The position numbers and the translations under genes are program-made. Shown here in pieces: positions 1 to 7,900 of a stretch of DNA of 16,585 nt. Numbering within the stretch: position 1 is the stretch's first letter; each line of letters opens with the position of its first letter. This stretch comes from Verrucomicrobiota bacterium (GTDB lineage Bacteria > Verrucomicrobiota > Verrucomicrobiia > Limisphaerales > CANJSG01), in assembly GCA_038209745.1 (NCBI GenBank), contig JBBQXJ010000095.1:1-16585 (forward strand), given 5' to 3'. The notes below the pieces were generated by a model, which was given only the letters and a program-made list of their open reading frames with translations, was not told the origin of the DNA and searched no databases.

Positions 1-18
1 TCCGCCAAGGCAAAGTAA
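1..18 (+). CDS. 3' end of an upstream gene (partial, ...SAKAK*)
   Basis: Frame 1 reads tcc gcc aag gca aag taa and is followed by a terminator hairpin; too short to identify. Confidence 0.4.
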   Translation, partial: SAKAK

Positions 19-55
19 CGAAAACAACAACCTCCTCGCCCAGACTCAACCTCGC

Positions 56-93
56 AGCCGCCGGCCCTCGCAAAGGGCCGGCGGCTTTCTTGT
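56..93 (+). terminator. Rho-independent terminator
   Basis: Perfect 13-bp stem AGCCGCCGGCCCT (56-68) / AGGGCCGGCGGCT (74-86), loop CGCAA, then TTCTTGT. Confidence 0.85.
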
Positions 94-166
94 CGGCGCC
101 GGGCACCAGTCTCCGGATCCCATCCCGCTGGCCCCCTCGGCAAGACTCAGGTAAACCTCCAACCTC

Positions 167-1381
167 ATGACACGCCGCAGGAAGCTGCTCCTCTCCATCG
201 CCGCTCTGGCGCTCGGGCTCGTCGCCCTGCTGCTGATTCGGAACCGCGAGCCACGCTACCAAGGACGGACGATCAGCGAGTGGGCGGACATCGGACTGAA
301 GGCGACGGACTCGGTGCCGTGGGACGAGCCCAACGTCCTCATGGCCAGCAACGCCCTCCGCCGGATCGGTATGCCGGCATTGGGTGTCAGGTTTTCGAGC
401 GACGTGTATCGTAAGGACACAAGGCTGTTGGCCGCTTGTCTGGCCGAGAAGCTCGGTGGTCCGGGGGAGGAGATCGTCGCATGGCTGAAGGCGCGAGCCC
501 ACCAAGACGCCGATGCTCTCTTGGATCGCAGCGCCTTCATCGCCTATTCGCTCGCCACGGATACAAACGTCTTCCTCCCTCGATTGCTCGACGATGAATG
601 GCTCAATGCCACCGTTGTCACGGCCGCTCTGGATGGATCCCTTGCGCCAAAGCTGGTGGATGTTTTCCTGAGCCAGACCAATCCGGCCGGAAACAATGCC
701 CGCATGGTTTTGACGTATATGGGCAGCAAGGCCGCATCGGCGGACCCGATCCTGAGGCCTTTCGTGGGAACCAGCCGGGGCCACCCGAATTGGGAAGCTG
801 CGATCAGGATCGTCGCCCAAGTCGGCCACCGCCAAGAAGACACCGCCAACATGGTTCTCACCGACGCCGAACTGCCGGCGAACAAGAAGCTGGAAATTCT
901 TGCTCTCATGGGCGAGCAGGGCACCCGGGCTACGGCCGGGTTCTTGACCGATACCAATCCAGCCGTTCGTGGCCAGGCCCTGCTGCACTTGTTGCTCCAA
1001 ACCGAGCGGCTTCAAAGCTGGGAGCGAGCGTGTAAGCCGACGTTTCGAATAGATCAATTCGGAGGTTGGCCGCCGCCGCTGGTATTCCCGAGCGGATGGC
1101 GTCCGCCGGGTGAGGTCATGCGCGTGCTCCAGCGAACGAGCCCCGAAGCTCAGTTGTCGGCGATCACCACAGCGGTTGCTCTGATGGGATGGGGCGACGC
1201 GACGCTGGAGGAGGCGGCATTCCGATACAATGGCATCGATGCCGGCTACCGCCGCCGAGCGATCCGGGCTTTCGTCGCGGAGCTGGCCAAGAGCCCTGTT
1301 CCCAAAATCGCCGCCGCCGCCAGCGACGCGCTTGCAGGGCTGACACATCAAAATGGGGCCGGAGAAGGGCGGGAGCGGTAG
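167..1381 (+). CDS. Membrane-anchored hypothetical protein, probably HEAT/alpha-solenoid
   Basis: 404-aa ORF. Basic N-terminus and hydrophobic helix (MTRRRKLLLSIAALALGLVALLLI), then EPRYQGRTISEW; HEAT-like segments such as LTDTNPAVRGQALLHL and SPVPKIAAAASDALAGL. Confidence 0.7.
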   Translation: MTRRRKLLLSIAALALGLVALLLIRNREPRYQGRTISEWADIGLKATDSVPWDEPNVLMASNALRRIGMPALGVRFSSDVYRKDTRLLAACLAEKLGGPGEEIVAWLKARAHQDADALLDRSAFIAYSLATDTNVFLPRLLDDEWLNATVVTAALDGSLAPKLVDVFLSQTNPAGNNARMVLTYMGSKAASADPILRPFVGTSRGHPNWEAAIRIVAQVGHRQEDTANMVLTDAELPANKKLEILALMGEQGTRATAGFLTDTNPAVRGQALLHLLLQTERLQSWERACKPTFRIDQFGGWPPPLVFPSGWRPPGEVMRVLQRTSPEAQLSAITTAVALMGWGDATLEEAAFRYNGIDAGYRRRAIRAFVAELAKSPVPKIAAAASDALAGLTHQNGAGEGRER

Positions 1382-1530
1382 GGCGACGGCTCCGGCCGAG
1401 CCGCCGGAGGATTCGCTGACGCCGGGGCCGCCGCTCTGGCAACTCCTTCGCGTTCCGGAATGGCCCGTGTCGCTGTTTTCAAAATGCAGTTCGCCCCAAG
1501 GCGGCTCGGCGGGAACCGTCGCCCTACCGC
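1375..1530. repeat. GTAG-type REP doublet (inverted pair)
   Basis: 1375-1405 GCGGTAGGGCGACGGCTCCGGCCGAGCCGCC matches the reverse complement of 1500-1530 at 29/31 nt. Confidence 0.8.
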
Positions 1531-1556
1531 ATTCCTGCCGGAACGATGCCGTTGAA

Positions 1557-1582
1557 GGTAGGGCTGCGTTGCCGCGAGGCCC
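1557..1582 (+). repeat. Single GTAG-type REP-like unit
   Basis: GGTAGGGCTGCGTTGCCGCGAGGCCC: GTAG followed by an imperfect GC-rich palindrome; no partner seen. Confidence 0.5.
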
Positions 1583-1662
1583 AAACATCCGAAGGAAACC
1601 AGCGCAGCGCCGTTTCCGGTTTCTCTCACTCGACGGACTCACTCAGCCGGAACGAGGCAGAT

Positions 1663-1818
1663 GGAGCGCGGACGGTCACATCCGCGGGGCCACGTTCCCA
1701 GGTCCAGAGCGCACTTCCCGGACGGCCGCTGTCCGCTCCCAACGGCGGGAGCCACGCATCACCGGCCAACCCGTTGCGGCATTCGGGCTCGACTCGCGGA
1801 CGTGACCGTCCGCGCTCC
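1663..1818. repeat. GGAG-type REP-like doublet (inverted pair)
   Basis: 1663-1686 GGAGCGCGGACGGTCACATCCGCG matches the reverse complement of 1795-1818 at 23/24 nt; a related pair is at 11453-11609. Confidence 0.8.
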
Positions 1819-1868
1819 TTTCCACTGCCTCATTCCGGCTGAGATGGGGCTGCTTTCAAACCTCGGAT

Positions 1869-1889
1869 CAGGCTGGAAGCCCGTCCTTC
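1869..1889 (-). repeat. Degenerate REP-like unit
   Basis: Minus strand GAAGGACGGGCTTCCAGCCTG, resembling a GTAG-led unit with a GGCT-TCC-AGCC hairpin core. Confidence 0.35.
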
Positions 1890-2007
1890 TCTCGCTCCGG
1901 CTGAGGATCCATTGAGCCGTTCCTTGCGCAAACCTTCCGCTTCGGGATTCGATGTCCCGCGTTCGCGGACCCGTTCCAGGTCTGGACGCCGCACCACCCG
2001 CATATTG

Positions 2008-3834
2008 ATGAGCGACACCGCAAAGAAGCCCACCCGCCGCTGGCCCCTCTTTGGGATCGTGGCGTATCTGCGGCGCTATCCGGGGGCCGTGGCGATGTCG
2101 ATCAGCCTGCTGCTGGTCAATCTCTCCATCGAGATGGCGCAGCCGCAGATCATCGGCAGCACCATCACCCAGCTCCGTTTCCACGCGGAGTGGGGCGCCC
2201 AGGTCGATCTCTGGCCGTTCGTGCTGCTCTTCGTCTCGCTCGTGGCCACCCGCGCCGGGGTTGGCATCATCCTCGGTCCCATCCGAAACCGGCTCGTCCA
2301 ACGCGCGCTCAACGACATCCGCGCCGCCGTCTACGATTCCATCCAACGCCTCGGCTTCCGCTACCACGACCAGTCGAGCACCGGCGAATTGATCTCCCGT
2401 TCGACCACCGACATCTGGCGGCTGCAGGACTTCCTCTTCGCCTGCCTGTTCCTCGTGGTGGACATCTCCGTGGCCCTCGTCGCCACGATCACCTTGATCT
2501 TCTTCATCCATCCCCTGCTCGGCTGGCTGACCCTCGCGACGATGGCGCCCACGGTGGGCCTGATCGCCTTCTACGCCTCGAAGCTCCAGCCGCAGTGGCG
2601 CAAGGTCCACGACCTGCACGCCTCGATGACCACCGTCATCCAGGAGAACATCGCCGGCGTGCGCGTGGTGAAAGCCTTCGCCAAGGAAGAGGCGGAGATC
2701 TCGAAGTTCCGCGGCAAGCGCGACGCCTTCCTCGGCCACTTGATGTCCACGGTGAACTATTGGGCGGCCCGGGTGCCCTTCGCCCAGTTCATCTTCGGAT
2801 TGAGCACACCGCTGATGCTGTGGATCGGCGGCCGGATGGTCGTGCGCAACGAGATCCCGGTCGGCGATCTGGCCAAGGTGATCTTCTACCTCATGGCCAT
2901 CGCGGCGCGCATGGGCGCGATCGGCCAGTTCACCAACATCCTCCAGAACGCCAGCGCCAGCGCCGAGCGGCTGCTGGAGATCGTGGACGAGCCGAAGACG
3001 CTGGTCGGTGGAACGAAGCCGTTGCCGGAGGGGAAAGGACGCGTCGAATTCCGCAATGTCAGCTTCGGGTATGCCGCCCGTAGGCCGGGCATCCCTGCCC
3101 GGCAAGTTGAAGCGAAGACGCCGGATGAGGTTCCAGCACCAGCGGACGAACTTGCCGGGCTTGGATGCCCGGCCTACGGGGCGCTGCACGACATCTCCTT
3201 CACCGTCGAGCCCGGCCAGACCGTCGCCATTGTCGGCGCCACCGGCGCGGGCAAGAGCACGTTGATCCAGCTCGTCCCGCGCTTCTACGATCCCGACTCG
3301 GGCGACGTGTTTCTCGACGGCGTGAACCTCCGCGAGCTGCGTCTCGACGAACTTCGCCGCGCCGTCGGCATCGTCTTCCAGGAGACGTTCCTCTTCAGCG
3401 CGACCGTGGCGGCCAACATCTCCTATGGCCGTCCCGACGCCACGCGCGAGCAGATCGAAGCCGCCGCCCGCGCCGCCCAGGCCCACGAGTTCATCGCCGA
3501 ACTGGAGAAGGGTTACGACACGATCATCGGCGAACGCGGCGTCTCGCTCAGCGGAGGCCAGCGGCAACGCCTCGCCATCGCCCGCGCCTTCCTCCTCGAT
3601 CCACGCATCCTCATCCTCGACGACGCCACGGCGGCGGTGGACTCGCACACGGAGCGCGCCATCCAGGAAGCCATGCGCAAGCTGAGCGAGGACCGCACCG
3701 TGTTCATCATCGCCCATCGGCAAAGCACGCTGCGCCATGCGGACAAGGTCGTGGAGTTGGAAAGGGGGCGGGTTGTCGGTTGTAGGCTGCGGGTTGGTGG
3801 TGGAGCAGAAGCTGATGAGTCAGAACGAATTTAA
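2008..3834 (+). CDS. ABC exporter half-transporter (TMD+NBD), degenerate-site subunit
   Basis: TM helices, ENIAGVRVVKAF, Walker A GATGAGKS, Q-loop VFQE, signature LSGGQRQR, Walker B ILILDD (non-canonical), H-loop IAHR. ATG 2008 preferred over TTG 1912. Confidence 0.93.
   Translation: MSDTAKKPTRRWPLFGIVAYLRRYPGAVAMSISLLLVNLSIEMAQPQIIGSTITQLRFHAEWGAQVDLWPFVLLFVSLVATRAGVGIILGPIRNRLVQRALNDIRAAVYDSIQRLGFRYHDQSSTGELISRSTTDIWRLQDFLFACLFLVVDISVALVATITLIFFIHPLLGWLTLATMAPTVGLIAFYASKLQPQWRKVHDLHASMTTVIQENIAGVRVVKAFAKEEAEISKFRGKRDAFLGHLMSTVNYWAARVPFAQFIFGLSTPLMLWIGGRMVVRNEIPVGDLAKVIFYLMAIAARMGAIGQFTNILQNASASAERLLEIVDEPKTLVGGTKPLPEGKGRVEFRNVSFGYAARRPGIPARQVEAKTPDEVPAPADELAGLGCPAYGALHDISFTVEPGQTVAIVGATGAGKSTLIQLVPRFYDPDSGDVFLDGVNLRELRLDELRRAVGIVFQETFLFSATVAANISYGRPDATREQIEAAARAAQAHEFIAELEKGYDTIIGERGVSLSGGQRQRLAIARAFLLDPRILILDDATAAVDSHTERAIQEAMRKLSEDRTVFIIAHRQSTLRHADKVVELERGRVVGCRLRVGGGAEADESERI
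3077..3180. repeat. Intragenic in-frame GTAG-type REP doublet
   Basis: 3077-3108 CCCGTAGGCCGGGCATCCCTGCCCGGCAAGTT matches the reverse complement of 3149-3180 at 30/32 nt. The left arm has a perfect GCCGGGCA-TCCC-TGCCCGGC hairpin after GTAG. Confidence 0.88.
3771..3798 (+). repeat. Heptamer tandem array GGTTGNN x4 (left arm)
   Basis: GGTTGTC GGTTGTA GGCTGCG GGTTGGT. Confidence 0.8.
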
Positions 3835-3839
3835 CCCTG

Positions 3840-4211
3840 ATGACAGCGGCATTTGAGAGATTGGAAGTTTACCAACTGTCGGAACGACTGGCTGACGCGA
3901 TATGGAATCTTGTAAAAGGCTGGAATCCGTTTTCCAAAAGCACGGTTGGCGAACATGTGGTTCGTTCTGCCGACAGCATCGGGGCCAACATCGCCGAGGG
4001 CTATGGACGGGGAACCCCGGCTGACAATCGGCGTTTTGTTCGGATCGCCCGAGGTTCGCTCAACGAGACCCAGCACTGGCTCCGTCGCGCCTACAGCCGA
4101 GGACTGGTCCCGAAGGAAAAGGTCGAGGAACTAAAACCACTGATTGACGAACTCGGTCCACGCCTCAACGCCTACCTGAAATCCATCAAGCTTCGCGCCA
4201 CCGAGGACTGA
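3840..4211 (+). CDS. Four helix bundle protein (23S rRNA intervening sequence protein / bAvd-like family)
   Basis: 123 aa with family motifs FERLEVYQLS, RSADSIGANIAEGYGR, RFVRIARGSLNET.HWL; 5' half visibly more AT-rich than the flanking genes. Confidence 0.92.
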   Translation: MTAAFERLEVYQLSERLADAIWNLVKGWNPFSKSTVGEHVVRSADSIGANIAEGYGRGTPADNRRFVRIARGSLNETQHWLRRAYSRGLVPKEKVEELKPLIDELGPRLNAYLKSIKLRATED

Positions 4212-4251
4212 CAACCAGCAACCAACAACTGGCTAAGAACAACCGACTACG
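4210..4251 (+). repeat. Heptamer tandem array NNCAACC (right arm, inverse of 3771-3798)
   Basis: GACAACC AGCAACC AACAACT GGCTAAG AACAACC GACTACG; overlaps the TGA stop at 4209-4211. Confidence 0.8.
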
Positions 4252-4255
4252 GACC

Positions 4256-6058
4256 ATGCCATCCCAAGACGAAATCCAGCTCGAGGAGGAGTTCCAGCAG
4301 GCGCCGATGCGCTCCGGCACCTTCCGCCGTTTGATGGGCTACGTGGCGCCGTATCGGCGCACGCTCGTTTTGAACCTTGTCTTCACCGTGCTGGCCACGG
4401 CGTCGGCGCTGCTGGGACCGAAGTTCATCCAGCTCGGCATCGACCGCTACCTGACGAGCGTCACCACCGCCGAGGCCGCGATGCACGGCGTCTTCGTGCT
4501 CAGCGTCTACTATCTGGCGAATCTCCTCCTCGGCTGGGGCCTGTCCGTGGTCCAGGTGAAGAGCGCCATCCGCGTCGGTCAAAGCGCGATGAACGACCTG
4601 CGCATGGCCGTCTTCGAACAGATCCAGCGGCTTTCATTGAACTACTTCGACGTGACCCACCAGGGCCGTATCATCAGCCGCGCCGACACGGACATTGATT
4701 CCCTCGATCGGATCCTAACCTGGGGAGCGAACCAGCTCCTCTCCAGCGCGCTCACCCTCGTGGGCGTGCTCGGGTTGATGCTGCAATACGACTGGCGCCT
4801 GTGTCTCGCGGTCAGTGCCGTGGTCCCTCCGTTGGCCGTCGCGTCCCGGATCTTCCATGTGAAGGGCATGAACGCCTATCGCCGCATGCGTCAACAAAGT
4901 TCGGCCCTCACCGGCGCCGCAGCCGAAGCCATCTCCGGCGTCCGCGTCGTGCAGGCCTTCGCCCGCGAGGAGGAGAACCTTCGGCGCTTCGATGAAATGG
5001 GGCAGGAATACGGCCGCCGCCAGCTCGTCGCGGCCCGGATCTTCCACACTTACATGCCGTTCGTCGGGCTGCTCTCCGGCCTGGGGATGGCGATCATCCT
5101 CGGCTACGGCGGCACATTGGTTCTGCGGAACGAGATCACCGTCGGCGAGCTGGCCGCCTTCACGCTGTATCTGGGCATGTTCTTCGGTCCCATCCAGACA
5201 ATGGGCGATCTCTACAACGCCCTTCTCTCCACCGCCGCCAGCGCCGAGCGCATCTTCGGCCTGCTCGACACCCCGGTGCAGGTCCGCAACCGGCCGGACG
5301 CCATCCCTCTGCCACCGGTGCGCGGGCACATCGTCTTCGACCACGTCTGGTTCCGCTACGACACCACGCCGGCCGAAACCTGGATCTTGAAGGACGTTTC
5401 CTTCGAGGCGAAACCCGGCGAAACCGTCGCGTTCGTCGGCGCCACCGGCTCGGGCAAGACCAGCATCATCAGCCTCATCTCACGCTTCTATGAACCGCAG
5501 CGTGGACGGATCACGATGGATGGCATCGATCTCCAGGCCGCCACCGTCGAGTCGCTCCACGAACAGATCGGCATCGTCACCCAGGACAACTTCCTCTTCA
5601 CCGGCACGGTGATGGAGAACCTCAAGTTCGGCCGCCCCGGTGCGAGCGACGACGAAGCCATCGCCGCCGCGCAGACGCTCGGCACCCACGAGATGATCCT
5701 GCGGCTCCAGGAGGGTTATCAAACGACCGTCTCCGAACGCGGCGCGAATTTCAGCGCCGGCGAACGCCAGCTCCTCTGCTTCACCCGCGCCATGGTCGCG
5801 CGGCCCCGCATCCTGATCCTCGACGAAGCCACCAGCGCCGTGGATCCGAAGACCGAGGGCGCCATCCAGCACGCTCTTGAAAAGCTCTTCGAGCAACGCA
5901 CATCCTTCGTCATCGCCCACCGCCTCAGCACCGTCCGCCACGCCGACCGGCTCTTCGTCCTCGGCCACGGCGAGATCCTGGAGCACGGCACCCACGACGA
6001 GCTGATCGCCCGGGGCGGTGCCTATGCGAAGCTCTACGAGGAGTTCGTTCGAGCCTGA
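4256..6058 (+). CDS. ABC exporter half-transporter (TMD+NBD), partner subunit
   Basis: 600 aa. Walker A GATGSGKT, degenerate signature FSAGERQ, canonical Walker B LILDE, IAHRLST, C-terminal EHGTHDELIARGGAYAKLY. Confidence 0.95.
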   Translation: MPSQDEIQLEEEFQQAPMRSGTFRRLMGYVAPYRRTLVLNLVFTVLATASALLGPKFIQLGIDRYLTSVTTAEAAMHGVFVLSVYYLANLLLGWGLSVVQVKSAIRVGQSAMNDLRMAVFEQIQRLSLNYFDVTHQGRIISRADTDIDSLDRILTWGANQLLSSALTLVGVLGLMLQYDWRLCLAVSAVVPPLAVASRIFHVKGMNAYRRMRQQSSALTGAAAEAISGVRVVQAFAREEENLRRFDEMGQEYGRRQLVAARIFHTYMPFVGLLSGLGMAIILGYGGTLVLRNEITVGELAAFTLYLGMFFGPIQTMGDLYNALLSTAASAERIFGLLDTPVQVRNRPDAIPLPPVRGHIVFDHVWFRYDTTPAETWILKDVSFEAKPGETVAFVGATGSGKTSIISLISRFYEPQRGRITMDGIDLQAATVESLHEQIGIVTQDNFLFTGTVMENLKFGRPGASDDEAIAAAQTLGTHEMILRLQEGYQTTVSERGANFSAGERQLLCFTRAMVARPRILILDEATSAVDPKTEGAIQHALEKLFEQRTSFVIAHRLSTVRHADRLFVLGHGEILEHGTHDELIARGGAYAKLYEEFVRA

Positions 6059-6101
6059 TCGGCCCCATTCGCCGATACGCCGAATAGGCAGCCTCTCCTG
6101 C

Positions 6102-6128
6102 TACAGGTTTTCCAACCTCCGCCGATAA
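6102..6128 (+). promoter_or_regulatory. Sigma28 (FliA)-like promoter
   Basis: TACAGGTT-N11-GCCGATAA versus consensus TAAAGTTT-N11-GCCGATAA (-10 perfect, -35 6/8), upstream of an MCP. Confidence 0.65.
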
Positions 6129-6259
6129 ATCCCTCGGCAACACTTCGGATACCGATGACCCGGCTCCACCGCTGCTTCATTGAGCAGCCCGCGCCGACCG
6201 CGCCACGAGAATGGTCCGAGCTCCAAAGGCCCCCAAAAGACGCGACAACTCGAACGTCC

Positions 6260-7873
6260 ATGCGAAATCTCAAATTCAGCACACACCTGTATCTCCTGAC
6301 CGCCTGCTTGGTATTCGTAGCGGTCGCCGTCGGAACAATCGGCATCGTCGGGGCCCGCAGAGCCAACCAGGGCCTCGAAACGGTCTACAACAACCGCGTC
6401 GTCCCCCTGAGCCAGCTTAAGAGCATCGCCGACGACTACGCCGTCGTGATCATCGGCGCCGCGAACAAGGCCAGTGCGGGCCTGGTTTCGTCCACGGAAA
6501 CGCTCAAAAATCTCAATGCAGCCGACAAGCGGATCCACGAAACGTGGAGGAGCTTCACCTCCGCGAAGAGGACCGACGCGGAGCAGAAACTGTCCGGGGA
6601 AGCCGCGGCCCTGTTTGTGGCCGCGGACAAATCCGTAGAGACCCTCCGCCAACGCCTTGGCGCCGAGACCGTTTCCCTCAACGGCGCGCCCGGCGACTTC
6701 GCAGGGCCGCTCTACGCGACGATCGATCCGATCAGCAGCAAGATCACCGAACTGGTCGATCTCCAGCTCCGCGTCGCCGCGACGGAATATCAGGAGTCCC
6801 GCACCCTCTACGAACTCGTGTTCTGGCTCTCGGTCGCCGTGTTGGTCGCAGGGGTCAGCCTCTCCGGAGGTGCCGCCGTGATCCTGACCCGGAACCTTAC
6901 CCTCGCCATCGGCAACGTTTCCGCCGAACTCTCCGCCGGCGCCGAGCAGACCACCTCCGCCTCCTCCCAGGTGTCCGCCGCCAGCCAGACCCTCGCCGAA
7001 TGCGCCAGTGAGCAGGCCGCCAGTCTGGAGGAGACCAGCGCCTCCCTCGAAGAGATGGCCAGCATGACCAAGCTGAACTCCGACAACGCGCGCACTGCGA
7101 AGGTGAAGGCGTCCGAAGCCCGGGCCGCCGCCGACTCGGGCGCCGGCCAGATGGCCTCCCTCGTGGCCGCCATGGACACGCTGGTGGCCTCCAGCACCGC
7201 CATCACCAAGATCCTCAAGACCATCGACGAGATCGCGTTCCAGACCAACATCCTCGCTCTCAATGCCGCGGTGGAAGCCGCCCGGGCCGGCGAGGCCGGC
7301 GCCGGGTTCGCCGTCGTCGCCGACGAGGTCCGCAGCCTCGCCCAGCGCTGCGCCAACGCCGCCCGGGAAAGCGCCTCCAAGATCGAGGACAGCGTGCAGA
7401 AGAGCCAGCAAGGCGCCCAGATCAGCGCCGGGGTCGCCAAGAACTTCGGCGAGATCCAAAACCACGTGCGCGAACTCGACGCCCTCGTCGGAGAAATCGC
7501 GGTCGCGTCGGACGAACAACGCCAGGGCATCTCCCAGGTGAACATCGCCGTCTCCCAGATGGATCGCGTGACCCAGAGCAACGCCGCCAGCGCCGAAGAA
7601 AGCGCCAGCGCCAGCCAGGAGCTCAACGCCCTCAGCCTCGGGATGAAGGCGGCCGCCGACAGACTGCAGCACTTGTTGACCGGCCGGTCAGAGGTTGGCC
7701 GCGAGAACAAGCCCACCGCCCCGGTCGTCCGCATTCCGGCGGCCCGCAGCCCAAAGCCCGCGCCTCGTCCCGCCCAGCGGACCACCACCACCGTGCACGT
7801 TTCTTCCTCGAAATCCTCCGCCCCGACGCCCTCCGCCAAGTCGGACGATGTCGACGGATTCATGTCCTTCTAA
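6260..7873 (+). CDS. Methyl-accepting chemotaxis protein
   Basis: TM1, 4HB-type sensor ([16 protein letters not shown]), TM2, signalling hairpin [45 protein letters not shown] 6260 (MRNLKF) preferred over 6155. Confidence 0.95.
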   Translation: MRNLKFSTHLYLLTACLVFVAVAVGTIGIVGARRANQGLETVYNNRVVPLSQLKSIADDYAVVIIGAANKASAGLVSSTETLKNLNAADKRIHETWRSFTSAKRTDAEQKLSGEAAALFVAADKSVETLRQRLGAETVSLNGAPGDFAGPLYATIDPISSKITELVDLQLRVAATEYQESRTLYELVFWLSVAVLVAGVSLSGGAAVILTRNLTLAIGNVSAELSAGAEQTTSASSQVSAASQTLAECASEQAASLEETSASLEEMASMTKLNSDNARTAKVKASEARAAADSGAGQMASLVAAMDTLVASSTAITKILKTIDEIAFQTNILALNAAVEAARAGEAGAGFAVVADEVRSLAQRCANAARESASKIEDSVQKSQQGAQISAGVAKNFGEIQNHVRELDALVGEIAVASDEQRQGISQVNIAVSQMDRVTQSNAASAEESASASQELNALSLGMKAAADRLQHLLTGRSEVGRENKPTAPVVRIPAARSPKPAPRPAQRTTTTVHVSSSKSSAPTPSAKSDDVDGFMSF

Positions 7874-7900
7874 GGAACCGGCTCGGCTCGGTGCCACCCG

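Noticed and set aside
1375..1889. CRISPR array, or coding ORFs such as 1353..1805
   Set aside because: The repeats are inverted pairs of different families, not regularly spaced direct repeats; the ORFs read through palindromes and look non-protein-like.
1759..3738. 659-aa minus-strand ORF
   Set aside because: Antisense shadow of the GC-rich ABC gene; no motifs of its own.
3840..4211. Diversity-generating retroelement suggested by the Avd-like fold
   Set aside because: No reverse transcriptase and no TR/VR pair with adenine-specific mismatches in the window.
3771..4258. Precise splice fusing the two ABC genes into one polypeptide
   Set aside because: No junction evidence, the missing C-terminal motif does not reappear downstream, and subunit 2 has its own normal start.
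6059..6259. c-di-GMP or other riboswitch ahead of the MCP
   Set aside because: No recognisable aptamer consensus; only weak hairpins.
6101..7863. 523-aa and 351-aa minus-strand ORFs
   Set aside because: Antisense shadows of the MCP.
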